This document shows positions 1-9,501 of a DNA stretch of 39,245 nucleotides, piece by piece. The notes beneath the pieces are model-generated. The model was not told the origin of the DNA. It searched no databases and was given only the letters and a program-made list of their open reading frames with translations. The stretch is taken from contig JALGVI010000019.1 in NCBI GenBank assembly GCA_029838215.1, positions 1 to 39,245 of the forward strand, given 5' to 3'. The translations under genes and the position numbers were made by a program. Position 1 is the stretch's first letter; every line of letters begins with the position of its first letter. Source of the stretch: Candidatus Helarchaeota archaeon. Its GTDB lineage: Archaea > Asgardarchaeota > Lokiarchaeia > Helarchaeales > RDOG01.

Positions 1-3000
1 ATTTATAACGTGACGATCATTTCGGCAACGCTCCACGCTCAAATCTATGCATTGAATTTCTCCATTACCACCAATGAAACACAGGTTCAACGTCAAGTGA
101 TAATGCTTACCGTTCAAAATCGCACGACACAATTCTATGCAAACCAAACCACGTATGACGTTTATTTAGGAGACAATCTAACGATTTATCTCACGTATAA
201 AGATGGCATAAACGGTACTGAAATTGCATGGGATTCATTGACTTGTTTAAACAATTCAGGTCTTGTTTTCACGTCTTTCGGTGGTCCAGGGAATTATAGC
301 ACCACCATTAATTCATCCCTGATGATAGAAGGGACGATCTTGAACACGACAGGAGTATACCAACTCGTTTTTAGGGCCGTCAAGCAAGATTATGTCACGG
401 CAGATTTAATCATAACGGTCAACATTTCAGCCTTGCATAGCATGCTTTCTTTCGTGATCACGCCAGAAGCATCGATCTCTTATGATGGAACCTACGTGAT
501 TCGCGTGGTGAAGGGCACGACGAATCATCAGATAATCGTGTATTATAATGATTCTTGGGGTTATTCGGGAGTGGGAATCAGTGATGGCTCTGTCAACGTT
601 ACGTTAAATGGTAGTTCGTTATTTGCTTCATCTGCAGGCACGGGAAATTATACAATTCAGATAGATGCAACCGTGCTTTCGGATCCTCCAGCACCTTCCA
701 ATTACACGCTGATCATAATCTTGTCCAGACCGCAGTACGAGACAAAAACATTAACTGCAATAGTTGAGATCGTTGAAATGGATTTGAGTTGCTCGCCCCT
801 AAATTCAACAGAAGCCACGTTTTATCCCGTGGCAGAAAATTGGACTTTCAGCATGGTTTTGAACAGATCTCTCACTTTTGACGTGCTCTGTAATGATTCT
901 AATGGAAATGTTACAGGAGCATCCGTCTCTGCTTACTTGAACGGGTCCACGTGTCTTGTTTCGGAACAGGGAGACGGACTGTACTCAATTGTCGTGGATT
1001 CGAGCACGTTAATTAATCCTGTAATGACACAAAATTACACGCTACTCATCATCGTAGATGCCACGGGGTATAAACAAACCAACGTCACGATATATCTCCA
1101 ATTAGACCCGGTTCCATCGATATTAAACCCCGTTGATCCCGAGCTAATCGGATACGGGTCCGAAACGTTAAACATCGATTTCATCCTTCAAGATGATGAA
1201 TCAAACATCATAAAGGACATAATTAACAATGGGTATGGAGAAATAAACTTTACAATAATAAACTCCACCTATAAAACGGGTGTACCCGTTTCGGGTGCAA
1301 CCGGTAGTTTCACTTGGAATACTAATGGTTTTTACAGGGCATCAACTTTGCTTCAGAATTTTGCAAATGGATCATATCAAGTTCTCGTGAATTTTTCAGG
1401 AACACCCAAAAACTACTTCCAGAACGCATCACACGTCTCGAACTTAACCATATTGGTAACAGGAGAGAAAATAACTACCCAGATTCAACACGTCATTCCT
1501 CAGACAATTCTAGAATCCAACAAATTAGTCATAAATGCCAGCCTGGAAAAACTGAATGGCGATCCCATCGTGTCGGAAAATATCAATTTCACGGTAATTA
1601 CAACATATCTTGATAGTTCTACAGACATATTCAGCGTGTCTAAAGTAACCAATGCATCAGGGCATGCAGGATTTGAATATCACGTGCCAGATGGGGCATC
1701 AACAATCAGCATACTAATGACTTATTATGGAGATCAATACAGGCACGCGGCTGCGAATTCAAGCTTTGTGACAGTTGAGCACCACGACATTACCTTGACG
1801 ATCATGGAGTATCCGGGCATAATTTCACCGGGAGAAACACTTTCAATAACGGTCCGGCTTCTAAATGACACGACTCCATTAGTTGGAAAACAGGTGAACT
1901 TAACGATTACATTTGCATTCACAGGCGGTGATTCTCAAGAATTCTTATTTAGTGTTCAAACAGATGCTAACGGTAGAGCAACGGCTTCAATTCAACTTAC
2001 AGGCACGCTGGAGAGTGCAATTTCCGTATCGATTAATGCCGTTTTTTACGGATCGAACGGATTTTCCTCAGCGGCAGCTCCAAAGAGCATTGCAATTTTG
2101 ACACAATTTGAGATTTTTCTCAGAAACATGCTTCCGCTACTTCTCACGCTGCTTTTCATCATGATCACAATCATCGTCATCGCAGTCATTACCATGATTG
2201 TCTATGTTAAATACATCCGACCAAAACGAGAACCATTAGCCGAGAAAAAACGAAGATTGATGATAAAACGTGCCGAAACCGACAAGGAGATAGCAGAGAT
2301 CACGCGAGAATTAAATAGACTTCGCCAAGAGACCTTGTTAAAAGCGAAACAAGCAAGAAAAGGAAATAAATATGAAGAAGCTTGGAAACTCTATGAAAAG
2401 GTGGGCAATTTATCTCTTGAATTAGCGGAAAAAAGCGTTGCGAAGGAATTCTTTGCCATAGCCCGAGAAATGAAAAGCTCCTACGAAAGAACCGTCCAAG
2501 ACAAGGAACTTCGGAAGGAGCGAACACGCCTGATCAACCAAGCGCGTGAAGCCATAAAAAATCAACAAACAAGAGAAGCAAAGATCCTGTACTCGAAGAT
2601 TGTTGAGATTTCTCGCAGGCTAAAAGATCATGAAGCAGTAGAAAAATATTCCAAACTTGCAGGCACGGCGGTTGAACAGGTAAAAACGGTTGCCAGTTTA
2701 GACTTACGAAAAACGTTAAAGCAAACCTTAGCAAAAGCTGACTCACTAATGGGCAAGCAGAAATTTCAAAAAGCCGCGGAACACTTTGAACAAGCCTCAA
2801 AAATCCTGATTGCTTTAGGTGAGGAAGATGGTGTAAAAAGGTTCATTGGTTGGGCAAAATTAGCAAGAGAACGGGAAGAAATGTTGACAGGAGCCATCGA
2901 TCAGTGGCGAACCACAGTCGAAGAAAAACAGGAAAAATTGTTGGCGAATGCAGATAAACAATATAGTGCAGGTCACATAGAAGATGCACTTGAAGATCTG

Positions 3001-3966
3001 AGATCTGCATTGGTCTTTGCCATGGAACTCGGTGATGATGAAACCGTTGAAAATATAAAAGACAAAATCTCCAAAATAGAAACAAAAATAGCCAATTTTA
3101 AGGGAAACGATCAAGAAAAGAATAAAATGAAACTGGAAAAGGCACTGAAATCAGCGAAAGAAGCAGAAGAATCAAAGCAATATGGCGTTGCGATTCATCT
3201 TTATGAATCGGCAGCATCGTACGCTGCAGATTTGGGAGATTCCGAACAAGCGAAGGCATTGATGGAAAAAGTTCAAGAAATTCTCGAAATAAAGCAGAAA
3301 AAAGAAGAAGATTTAATTCGAAAAACACTTCAAGAAAACGAAAAGGAAACACCAGAGGAAACAGAACAATCTACAAAAACTGCAGAGAAAAAGCTCCCAA
3401 AACCCAAACAAATCTCCGAAACACCAATAGCAAAGGTTAAACCAATAAAAATAAAGGCAAAGAAACCCACGAAACCCGCAAAAAAAGCCAAGAAAGTCAA
3501 ACGCATAAAAAAAGTCATAAAAATCAAGAAACCCGGTAAAACTCTTGCGAAAGAAGAAGCCAAACTGCTTGAAATCCGCATCGAGAACATCCTAAAGATC
3601 GCCAGTGATTTCCTAAATAAAAAATTATATCTCACGGCGGCTTTCCTCTATCGTAAAGCAGCGGGATTTTCAGCCGAATTAGGAGATTCTGAACAACAGT
3701 CAGAACTCAATTTAAAAGCGGAACACCTTGAAACAATTAGGGCGGACAAAAAAATTGATCAACGGAAAATCAGAACCAAATGTAGGACATTAGTCAACGA
3801 AGCCGAAACAGCAATTGCAAAAAAGAATATAAAACAAGCCATCAAGGCATATGAAGAGGTCACGGAGAACTTTTTCCTGCTTGGAGATGAAGATGCGGCT
3901 TTGGAATTCTTCGAAAAAATAATAAAGTTACGAGAACAGGTCAAGAATGGAAAAAGCGAAAAGTAA
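1..3966 (+). CDS. Giant single-pass membrane protein, 5'-partial: Ig-like beta-rich ectodomain, one TM helix, cytoplasmic helical (MIT/TPR-like) repeats with an acidic then Lys-rich linker
   Basis: Frame is open to the window edge (att tat aac gtg). About 36 N-x-S/T sequons by hand count before the TM (LPLLLTLLFIMITIIVIAVITMIVYV, ~2128-2208) and 1 after it. Seven repeats of the form A..A....Y..A...Y..A...A.ELGD.E. Confidence 0.9.
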   Translation: MYNVTIISATLHAQIYALNFSITTNETQVQRQVIMLTVQNRTTQFYANQTTYDVYLGDNLTIYLTYKDGINGTEIAWDSLTCLNNSGLVFTSFGGPGNYSTTINSSLMIEGTILNTTGVYQLVFRAVKQDYVTADLIITVNISALHSMLSFVITPEASISYDGTYVIRVVKGTTNHQIIVYYNDSWGYSGVGISDGSVNVTLNGSSLFASSAGTGNYTIQIDATVLSDPPAPSNYTLIIILSRPQYETKTLTAIVEIVEMDLSCSPLNSTEATFYPVAENWTFSMVLNRSLTFDVLCNDSNGNVTGASVSAYLNGSTCLVSEQGDGLYSIVVDSSTLINPVMTQNYTLLIIVDATGYKQTNVTIYLQLDPVPSILNPVDPELIGYGSETLNIDFILQDDESNIIKDIINNGYGEINFTIINSTYKTGVPVSGATGSFTWNTNGFYRASTLLQNFANGSYQVLVNFSGTPKNYFQNASHVSNLTILVTGEKITTQIQHVIPQTILESNKLVINASLEKLNGDPIVSENINFTVITTYLDSSTDIFSVSKVTNASGHAGFEYHVPDGASTISILMTYYGDQYRHAAANSSFVTVEHHDITLTIMEYPGIISPGETLSITVRLLNDTTPLVGKQVNLTITFAFTGGDSQEFLFSVQTDANGRATASIQLTGTLESAISVSINAVFYGSNGFSSAAAPKSIAILTQFEIFLRNMLPLLLTLLFIMITIIVIAVITMIVYVKYIRPKREPLAEKKRRLMIKRAETDKEIAEITRELNRLRQETLLKAKQARKGNKYEEAWKLYEKVGNLSLELAEKSVAKEFFAIAREMKSSYERTVQDKELRKERTRLINQAREAIKNQQTREAKILYSKIVEISRRLKDHEAVEKYSKLAGTAVEQVKTVASLDLRKTLKQTLAKADSLMGKQKFQKAAEHFEQASKILIALGEEDGVKRFIGWAKLAREREEMLTGAIDQWRTTVEEKQEKLLANADKQYSAGHIEDALEDLRSALVFAMELGDDETVENIKDKISKIETKIANFKGNDQEKNKMKLEKALKSAKEAEESKQYGVAIHLYESAASYAADLGDSEQAKALMEKVQEILEIKQKKEEDLIRKTLQENEKETPEETEQSTKTAEKKLPKPKQISETPIAKVKPIKIKAKKPTKPAKKAKKVKRIKKVIKIKKPGKTLAKEEAKLLEIRIENILKIASDFLNKKLYLTAAFLYRKAAGFSAELGDSEQQSELNLKAEHLETIRADKKIDQRKIRTKCRTLVNEAETAIAKKNIKQAIKAYEEVTENFFLLGDEDAALEFFEKIIKLREQVKNGKSEK

Positions 3967-3998
3967 ATAGAGTTCTAAGTGATAAATTCATTCAATCT

Positions 3999-4040
3999 TG
4001 ATTTCATTTTGATGAAATCACGGAAATTTCTTTTTTTTAC
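3999..4040. terminator. Hairpin plus T-tract between convergent genes
   Basis: Perfect 9-bp inverted repeat TGATTTCAT-tttg-ATGAAATCA (3999-4020) followed by a T-run, between the stops at 3966 (+) and 4075 (-). Confidence 0.45.
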
Positions 4041-4074
4041 TAAAAATAGTCGAGTTTTTTAAAAAAATATTGGG

Positions 4075-5604
4075 CTAAAAGGATGGATCCCTTTTTCTTC
4101 TCCATGTTAATGCACCGAGAAAGATCACGGCTCCTATAACACAAAATAGTTCAAATCCAGGAATGTTCGGTGTCCCACCCGAAATTATTACAACAACGCT
4201 TTCACAGTTTGAAATGGAACTATTATACGTACTGTTTCCTGCAATTATGACATAATAGTATGTACCCGTATTCGAAACGACATCCACGTGTTCGCTTTGC
4301 GTTACCTCTACTATTGCATTTTTTCCAACTATAGAGGTAATTGGAGAAGTATCACGAAAAATATAGTATATTGTTGCGTTTTCCACGTCATTCCAATTTA
4401 AATTGATTGACCCATCATTATCGGGATTTGGAGATATTGCATCCAGCGTGGGAGCATTTATGATCTCTCCACCAACGGTATATTCGAATTTCCTGATGCC
4501 AAATAGGTTATTGGTGTCGTTCGCATATACAATGAAATATACGGTTGTTCCTGCCGTCTGTCCGGGTATGTCTGCCGTATAATAGCCGCTACTCGGATTC
4601 ATCGTGATGTTTTGGATGCCCGAGTAATCGGATGAGAGCGTCCAACCCAGCGTGACGTTTGAAATTCCATCGCTATCGGTAACATTAACGGTTACCGTGG
4701 TATCTTGGTTGTGTGATCCAATGAGATCATTTACCAAATAAACCACGGGAAAATTAACGGAATCGTTAAAAAGTTGAAATAACAAGTCAGCAAGGTAATT
4801 CACGCAGGTGTTTATGATGTCTTGAACCCTTCTTTCGAAATTGTCATCAACAGGAACTGTAAATGCGTGGTAATTATTGTCGAGCCACTCACAATCAAAT
4901 TGTTCTCCAGGATTGGTTCCGTCTGTTCCATTCGAATCGGTATCGAGACCCATTTCGTACGAGGCTTGATACGCCGAGATCGTGGAATTATAAACGCCAT
5001 CAAAAGAAATGCTAAAATAAGTTTCAGCTGGATCATCCATTCTGGTTTGTGCCGAACCTTCAAAATCGGAGTGATGCGTTTCAGAACCGTGAGGTGATGC
5101 TACACCCATGACGTGTCCCCAGACACCCAAGTCTGCTAAATAGTGCGTCATTGATCCCGCGTAAAATGCTGCCGAATAAAGATTGCCAGCATTCAGAGCA
5201 TTTACAGCTTTATCATATTCTTCTTGGCATCTTAAAGAAGCGTCATCTTCATTTTCAATAGTGTCGGAGTGGTTGGCAAGATAATAATTGTGATGTTTTG
5301 CAGTATCCCCATAACCTATAAGATTGCCAGCTAAATCTACGGAAGCATTATCAGGAGCTTCGGTACCTGTCAAAAATACCGTGATATATTCATCAACATA
5401 CCATGTCCGATTCGAAGAATCTAAAAAATTCATCGCTTTATGCGCCAGCCAATCATGACTCCCAAATCTCACGTCGAAATACCGATCGTTGGCGTCTCCA
5501 TTATTCCATGCCATTACGGGAGAAGAAAACGTTGGTAAAGAAACAATTGCAAGAATCATGAGAATGAGTGAAACGATAATGACTTCAATTTTTTTTATTT
5601 TCAT
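4075..5604 (-). CDS. Secreted Zn-dependent phospholipase C / S1-P1 nuclease-fold enzyme with Ig- and FN3-like domains and a PGF-type C-terminal anchor
   Basis: Signal peptide ending VMA|W. Candidate Zn ligands: N-terminal W, SHDW, APD, KHHNY, THYLAD, WGHV, HHSDFE. C-terminus IPGFELFCVIGAVIFLGALTWRRKR. Confidence 0.8.
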   Translation of the reverse strand: MKIKKIEVIIVSLILMILAIVSLPTFSSPVMAWNNGDANDRYFDVRFGSHDWLAHKAMNFLDSSNRTWYVDEYITVFLTGTEAPDNASVDLAGNLIGYGDTAKHHNYYLANHSDTIENEDDASLRCQEEYDKAVNALNAGNLYSAAFYAGSMTHYLADLGVWGHVMGVASPHGSETHHSDFEGSAQTRMDDPAETYFSISFDGVYNSTISAYQASYEMGLDTDSNGTDGTNPGEQFDCEWLDNNYHAFTVPVDDNFERRVQDIINTCVNYLADLLFQLFNDSVNFPVVYLVNDLIGSHNQDTTVTVNVTDSDGISNVTLGWTLSSDYSGIQNITMNPSSGYYTADIPGQTAGTTVYFIVYANDTNNLFGIRKFEYTVGGEIINAPTLDAISPNPDNDGSINLNWNDVENATIYYIFRDTSPITSIVGKNAIVEVTQSEHVDVVSNTGTYYYVIIAGNSTYNSSISNCESVVVIISGGTPNIPGFELFCVIGAVIFLGALTWRRKRDPSF

Positions 5605-5605
5605 T

Positions 5606-6037
5606 TTATTTTTCTTCCTTCAATTGCAAGTTTTTTATTCGGAGATCGAATGGATCGTCACCATGGAAAGTCCGAAACGTCAATTTCAGAACGGAAGCTT
5701 CTTCCCGAGGTTCCACGTTTAAGGTCAATTTCACGTCGCCCCATTCACCATGATGAATTTCCTTCCCTAATAGCGCAATGAAATCGGTCTTGCAAACAGG
5801 TTTTTCGTTGATGAACACTTCAAGATTCGACCCATCAGGATCGAATTTCATTAATATTTCAAGAGAAATAAAGATCTTGTTCGTTTTCGGTTGGAGCTTC
5901 GTTTCCAGCGTGAAATCACATCTATATGCAAAATTTATTTTTTCTTTTGGAGATTTAATTGTCAAGATGTCGTCTTCGATGGAATTTGAACATTCAGTCT
6001 TGATATTAAAACCAGCGAAATCCTCAGAAAGAACCAT
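5606..6037 (-). CDS. Hypothetical beta-sandwich protein (143 aa)
   Basis: Alternating hydrophobic beta-strand pattern. Its stop lies 1 nt from the PLC ATG on the same strand. Confidence 0.7.
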   Translation of the reverse strand: MVLSEDFAGFNIKTECSNSIEDDILTIKSPKEKINFAYRCDFTLETKLQPKTNKIFISLEILMKFDPDGSNLEVFINEKPVCKTDFIALLGKEIHHGEWGDVKLTLNVEPREEASVLKLTFRTFHGDDPFDLRIKNLQLKEEK

Positions 6038-6158
6038 AATACTCGCCTATCATACAAGCATGTTACAACATGTATATATTTTTTTTGAATTTAAATTGCC
6101 CTAAAAGTTGGCGACAAAAATAGAAAAGAGGTTTTCACGGACTTGGTTGGAGACATGT

Positions 6159-7451
6159 TCACTTTATTTTCCATTGACGAACTTCTTTCTCTTCCTTGCC
6201 CAATATCAACGTGCCTGATGGGACATCTTCGAACACGTTAATATTTGGACCGATTGCGCAATTCATTCCTATGATGACACCCGGCATGAGCGTGCAACCA
6301 ATTCCTGTCTGTGAATTATCACCGATTATTGCTCCCAACTTTCGACGTTTCGTGTCAATTCTTTGTTTTTTAATTGTGGCTTTCACGGTTGTCTTGTCCA
6401 TTTTTAAGTTTGCAGTAATGGTTCCTGCAGCAAGGTTTACGTTTCTGCCGATTATACTGTCACCGATATAGCTAAGATGAGGAATCTTCGTGCCGTCCAT
6501 GACAAGACTGGCTTTAATTTCACAGGCATGACCGATCCGGACATTATCACCGATTACGGTATGATCTCTAATGTAACAGTTTGGTCCAATGTCGCAATTC
6601 TTCCCAATGATGATTGGTCCTTTAAGATAAGCGCCCGATCTCACGATCGTCCCTTCACCGATACCGACACGATTATGAACGACGGTTCCCGGTTCCATCA
6701 CTCCTTTAATTATCAAAACGGAGTCAGGAAGGTCATCGAGAATGAGCTTGTTAGCTTCCAAAAGACTCCAGGGTAGGCCGATGTCCTTCCACCAGTATGG
6801 CAATTTAAAGACCTTTATCTTCTCGCCTTCATCAATCAGCATTTGAATGGGATCGGTGATTTCATACTCTCCCCGCTTCGATTTTTTCGTCATTTTAATC
6901 TTTTCAAATATCTTCGTGTTGAAAATGTAGAGCCCCGCATTAACTAACTTGCTGGGTTCTTTACCCGGTTGCGGTTTTTCTATGATTTTCACGAGATTAC
7001 CGCTTTCGTCCAATTCAAGCACGCCGAACTGAGAGGGATCGTCCACTTCTCTTGCCGAAATCATCATGCATTTACCATTACATTCGAAATCCTGAAAAAG
7101 CACGTCATACGTCTGAGGAGAGACCATGACATCTCCGTATTGGATGAAAAACCATTCATCTTCAATAATAGATTCGATTAATCCAATGGCTTGTGCTGTG
7201 CCTTCGGGAACGGGTTGATTGATATAAGTTATGGAAATTCCGAAATCCGAACCATCACCATAAAATTCCCGAATCTTTTCTTCCAAATGCCCAACAATTA
7301 TTATGAATTCCTTAATTCCCTGCTCTTTAATGCCGTTAATCGTGTGCGTTAGCAATGGAATTCCAACAATTGGAAGCAAATGCTTCGGTTGCGTGAAAGT
7401 AAAAGGTCTAAGTCTGCTTCCTTCACCTGCGCAAAGTAATACTGCCTTCAT
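6159..7451 (-). CDS. glmU: Bifunctional sugar-1-phosphate nucleotidyltransferase/acetyltransferase (archaeal GlmU-like)
   Basis: LCAGEGSRLRPFT...PKHLLPI nucleotidyltransferase motif, EKP, RGEYEITD, and a C-terminal hexapeptide (LbH) repeat region. Confidence 0.85.
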   Translation of the reverse strand: MKAVLLCAGEGSRLRPFTFTQPKHLLPIVGIPLLTHTINGIKEQGIKEFIIIVGHLEEKIREFYGDGSDFGISITYINQPVPEGTAQAIGLIESIIEDEWFFIQYGDVMVSPQTYDVLFQDFECNGKCMMISAREVDDPSQFGVLELDESGNLVKIIEKPQPGKEPSKLVNAGLYIFNTKIFEKIKMTKKSKRGEYEITDPIQMLIDEGEKIKVFKLPYWWKDIGLPWSLLEANKLILDDLPDSVLIIKGVMEPGTVVHNRVGIGEGTIVRSGAYLKGPIIIGKNCDIGPNCYIRDHTVIGDNVRIGHACEIKASLVMDGTKIPHLSYIGDSIIGRNVNLAAGTITANLKMDKTTVKATIKKQRIDTKRRKLGAIIGDNSQTGIGCTLMPGVIIGMNCAIGPNINVFEDVPSGTLILGKEEKEVRQWKIK

Positions 7452-7620
7452 TTCAAATCAGACTCGTCATCAAATTTTAAATCCGCTCATTAAGATCCTG
7501 AACTCGATCTTAATTTAAGTTTAAAGACCATTCGTATTTTCTTTTTGGTGATTTCATGAGAAAAATGGAATTTAAAAAAAATATTGATGACGGAGGAAAC
7601 GGATCGTTCCATGGCATGAT

Positions 7621-8901
7621 TCATTTATTGGTGGCTTCTTTGATTTCAGAAAGGGTATTTTTTAGGGATTCAGCCAATTCGCCCAGTCTTTGGGATGTTG
7701 CTGAAATTTCTTCCATTGATGCGGTCTGTTGTTCAGTCGAAGAACTAATTTCTTCCATTGTTGCCGATAATTGTTCTGCAATGCCAACAGCAGCCGTAAT
7801 GTCTTTCACGATTGAAGTGATCAAAGTAACGGAACTCTCAATTTGTTCAACGATCAACTTGGCATCATTTCCAGTTTTTGATACGGCAGCCTTTGATTCC
7901 TCGGCAAGTTTACGAACCTCACTTGCGACTACGGCGAATCCTCGTCCGAGTTCACCCGCCCTTCCCGCTTCAATGCTTGCATTCAATGCCAATAAATTAG
8001 TCTGATTGGCGATGTTTGTGATTAAATTCGTTATGCTGTCTATTCTTTTACTTGATTCTAAAACAAGTAATGCTTGTTTATTAACTTCGTTTGCCTTAGA
8101 GTTCATTTCATCGAGAGCATCGACCTGAGACTGCGTGAGATTATTAATGCTTTGAGTCGTGGAAGATATTTCTTCTGCTGAGGCATTGACTTCGCTTGCA
8201 CTCGCAGCCAATTCCGTTGCCATGTTCGAAACATTTATGCTCACGGCAGAAGATGTCTTCAAAATGCGTTCTAATTTTTTCTGTTGGGATAAAATTTGCG
8301 TTTCCAAAAATGCCACCAATCCCGTGATCATCAACAGGACATTAAAAACCATATTCACGGCACTTGCGATATTTTCTGCAACTCGATTATCAAAACTCGA
8401 AATCATTACTGTAACGACAGATATGATAGCAACTCCAAATGCAATGCTCATGAAAGCATGTGTTGGTGTTCGCTTCTTATCATAAATACGTACGAGCAAC
8501 ACGATATTCGTGATTAAAAAAGCAATGATCACAATTTCAATTCCTAAAAGGAAAAAAGTAGTGGCATCGACCACGAGCATCTTTTGTACGAATTTATCAT
8601 CCTTTTTAACGAATATCTTAAAATATTCAACAATAACAGCCATGAACATAAGAAAAATTGAAATCACGTAAATTATGTAACTCAGAGTGTCAAGAAATGG
8701 CATCAATAGAGAAAAATTGCCTAGAAATATACCAATCGAATAACCACTATATGCAGGAAGCCACCAGATTAAACTACGTCGGTAAAGACAAGCAAAGGAC
8801 ATTATTCCAAGTCCAATAAACATTACAATAGTCGATACAAACGTGTATCCGTAATTTATCGGGTCGTAAATAATGACTATTGTCTGTTCTAACGAAAACA
8901 T
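7621..8901 (-). CDS. Methyl-accepting chemotaxis protein, multi-TM N-terminus, no HAMP
   Basis: [40 protein letters not shown] hairpin tip, SAEEIS and [12 protein letters not shown] methylation-type motifs, 6-7 hydrophobic segments. Confidence 0.92.
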   Translation of the reverse strand: MFSLEQTIVIIYDPINYGYTFVSTIVMFIGLGIMSFACLYRRSLIWWLPAYSGYSIGIFLGNFSLLMPFLDTLSYIIYVISIFLMFMAVIVEYFKIFVKKDDKFVQKMLVVDATTFFLLGIEIVIIAFLITNIVLLVRIYDKKRTPTHAFMSIAFGVAIISVVTVMISSFDNRVAENIASAVNMVFNVLLMITGLVAFLETQILSQQKKLERILKTSSAVSINVSNMATELAASASEVNASAEEISSTTQSINNLTQSQVDALDEMNSKANEVNKQALLVLESSKRIDSITNLITNIANQTNLLALNASIEAGRAGELGRGFAVVASEVRKLAEESKAAVSKTGNDAKLIVEQIESSVTLITSIVKDITAAVGIAEQLSATMEEISSSTEQQTASMEEISATSQRLGELAESLKNTLSEIKEATNK

Positions 8902-9251
8902 TTTATCACATCAACGATGAATTCATTCAAAGATTTCCTTCCAGAGAATTTGATGACAATATTCTTTCTTTTAATTAAACAATGGATTGATCGAACATAA
9001 TTTTTTGAGAATAAGTAATTTGCATGTCTTAGTTTGGGAATTTTAATTACGAAGTTGCAATAAACACCTCATTTTTTTAGCACTTTGTTAAAAAAGGGGA
9101 GTAATTTCGGAAAGTCTGTAACTATTTCTCAGCGGCTTTATAGAGATTCCAGAGGAAAAAACGGATTGCTTCTTGAATATTACAAGGACTTTAAAACATG
9201 CATATTAATAAAGAATTCAGATTGAAGAATAAAACGACACGTTAGTTTTGA

Positions 9252-9485
9252 GTGAATATCATGGAAGATGATGACGAGCCTTTCTGGAAAAGAATAAAGA
9301 ACAAACTTTGGGCATTTGGAGAGGATATCGCAACGAGAAATGAAGGTAGAACAATAAAAGAGATTTATTTTGTCACCTCCATCGTCAGTTTTATCGGTTT
9401 TATTCTATCGTTGGTATTTATCCAACCAATACTTGTCATTATTTTTATTATCATTTTCTTCTTCATGATTTACATGTTGTTGTAG
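9252..9485 (+). CDS. Small membrane protein (start possibly at 9261)
   Basis: Charged N-terminus followed by two hydrophobic helices. Ends 16 nt before the permease on the same strand. Confidence 0.6.
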   Translation: MNIMEDDDEPFWKRIKNKLWAFGEDIATRNEGRTIKEIYFVTSIVSFIGFILSLVFIQPILVIIFIIIFFFMIYMLL

Positions 9486-9501
9486 GAGATTAGAGGGAAT
9501 C

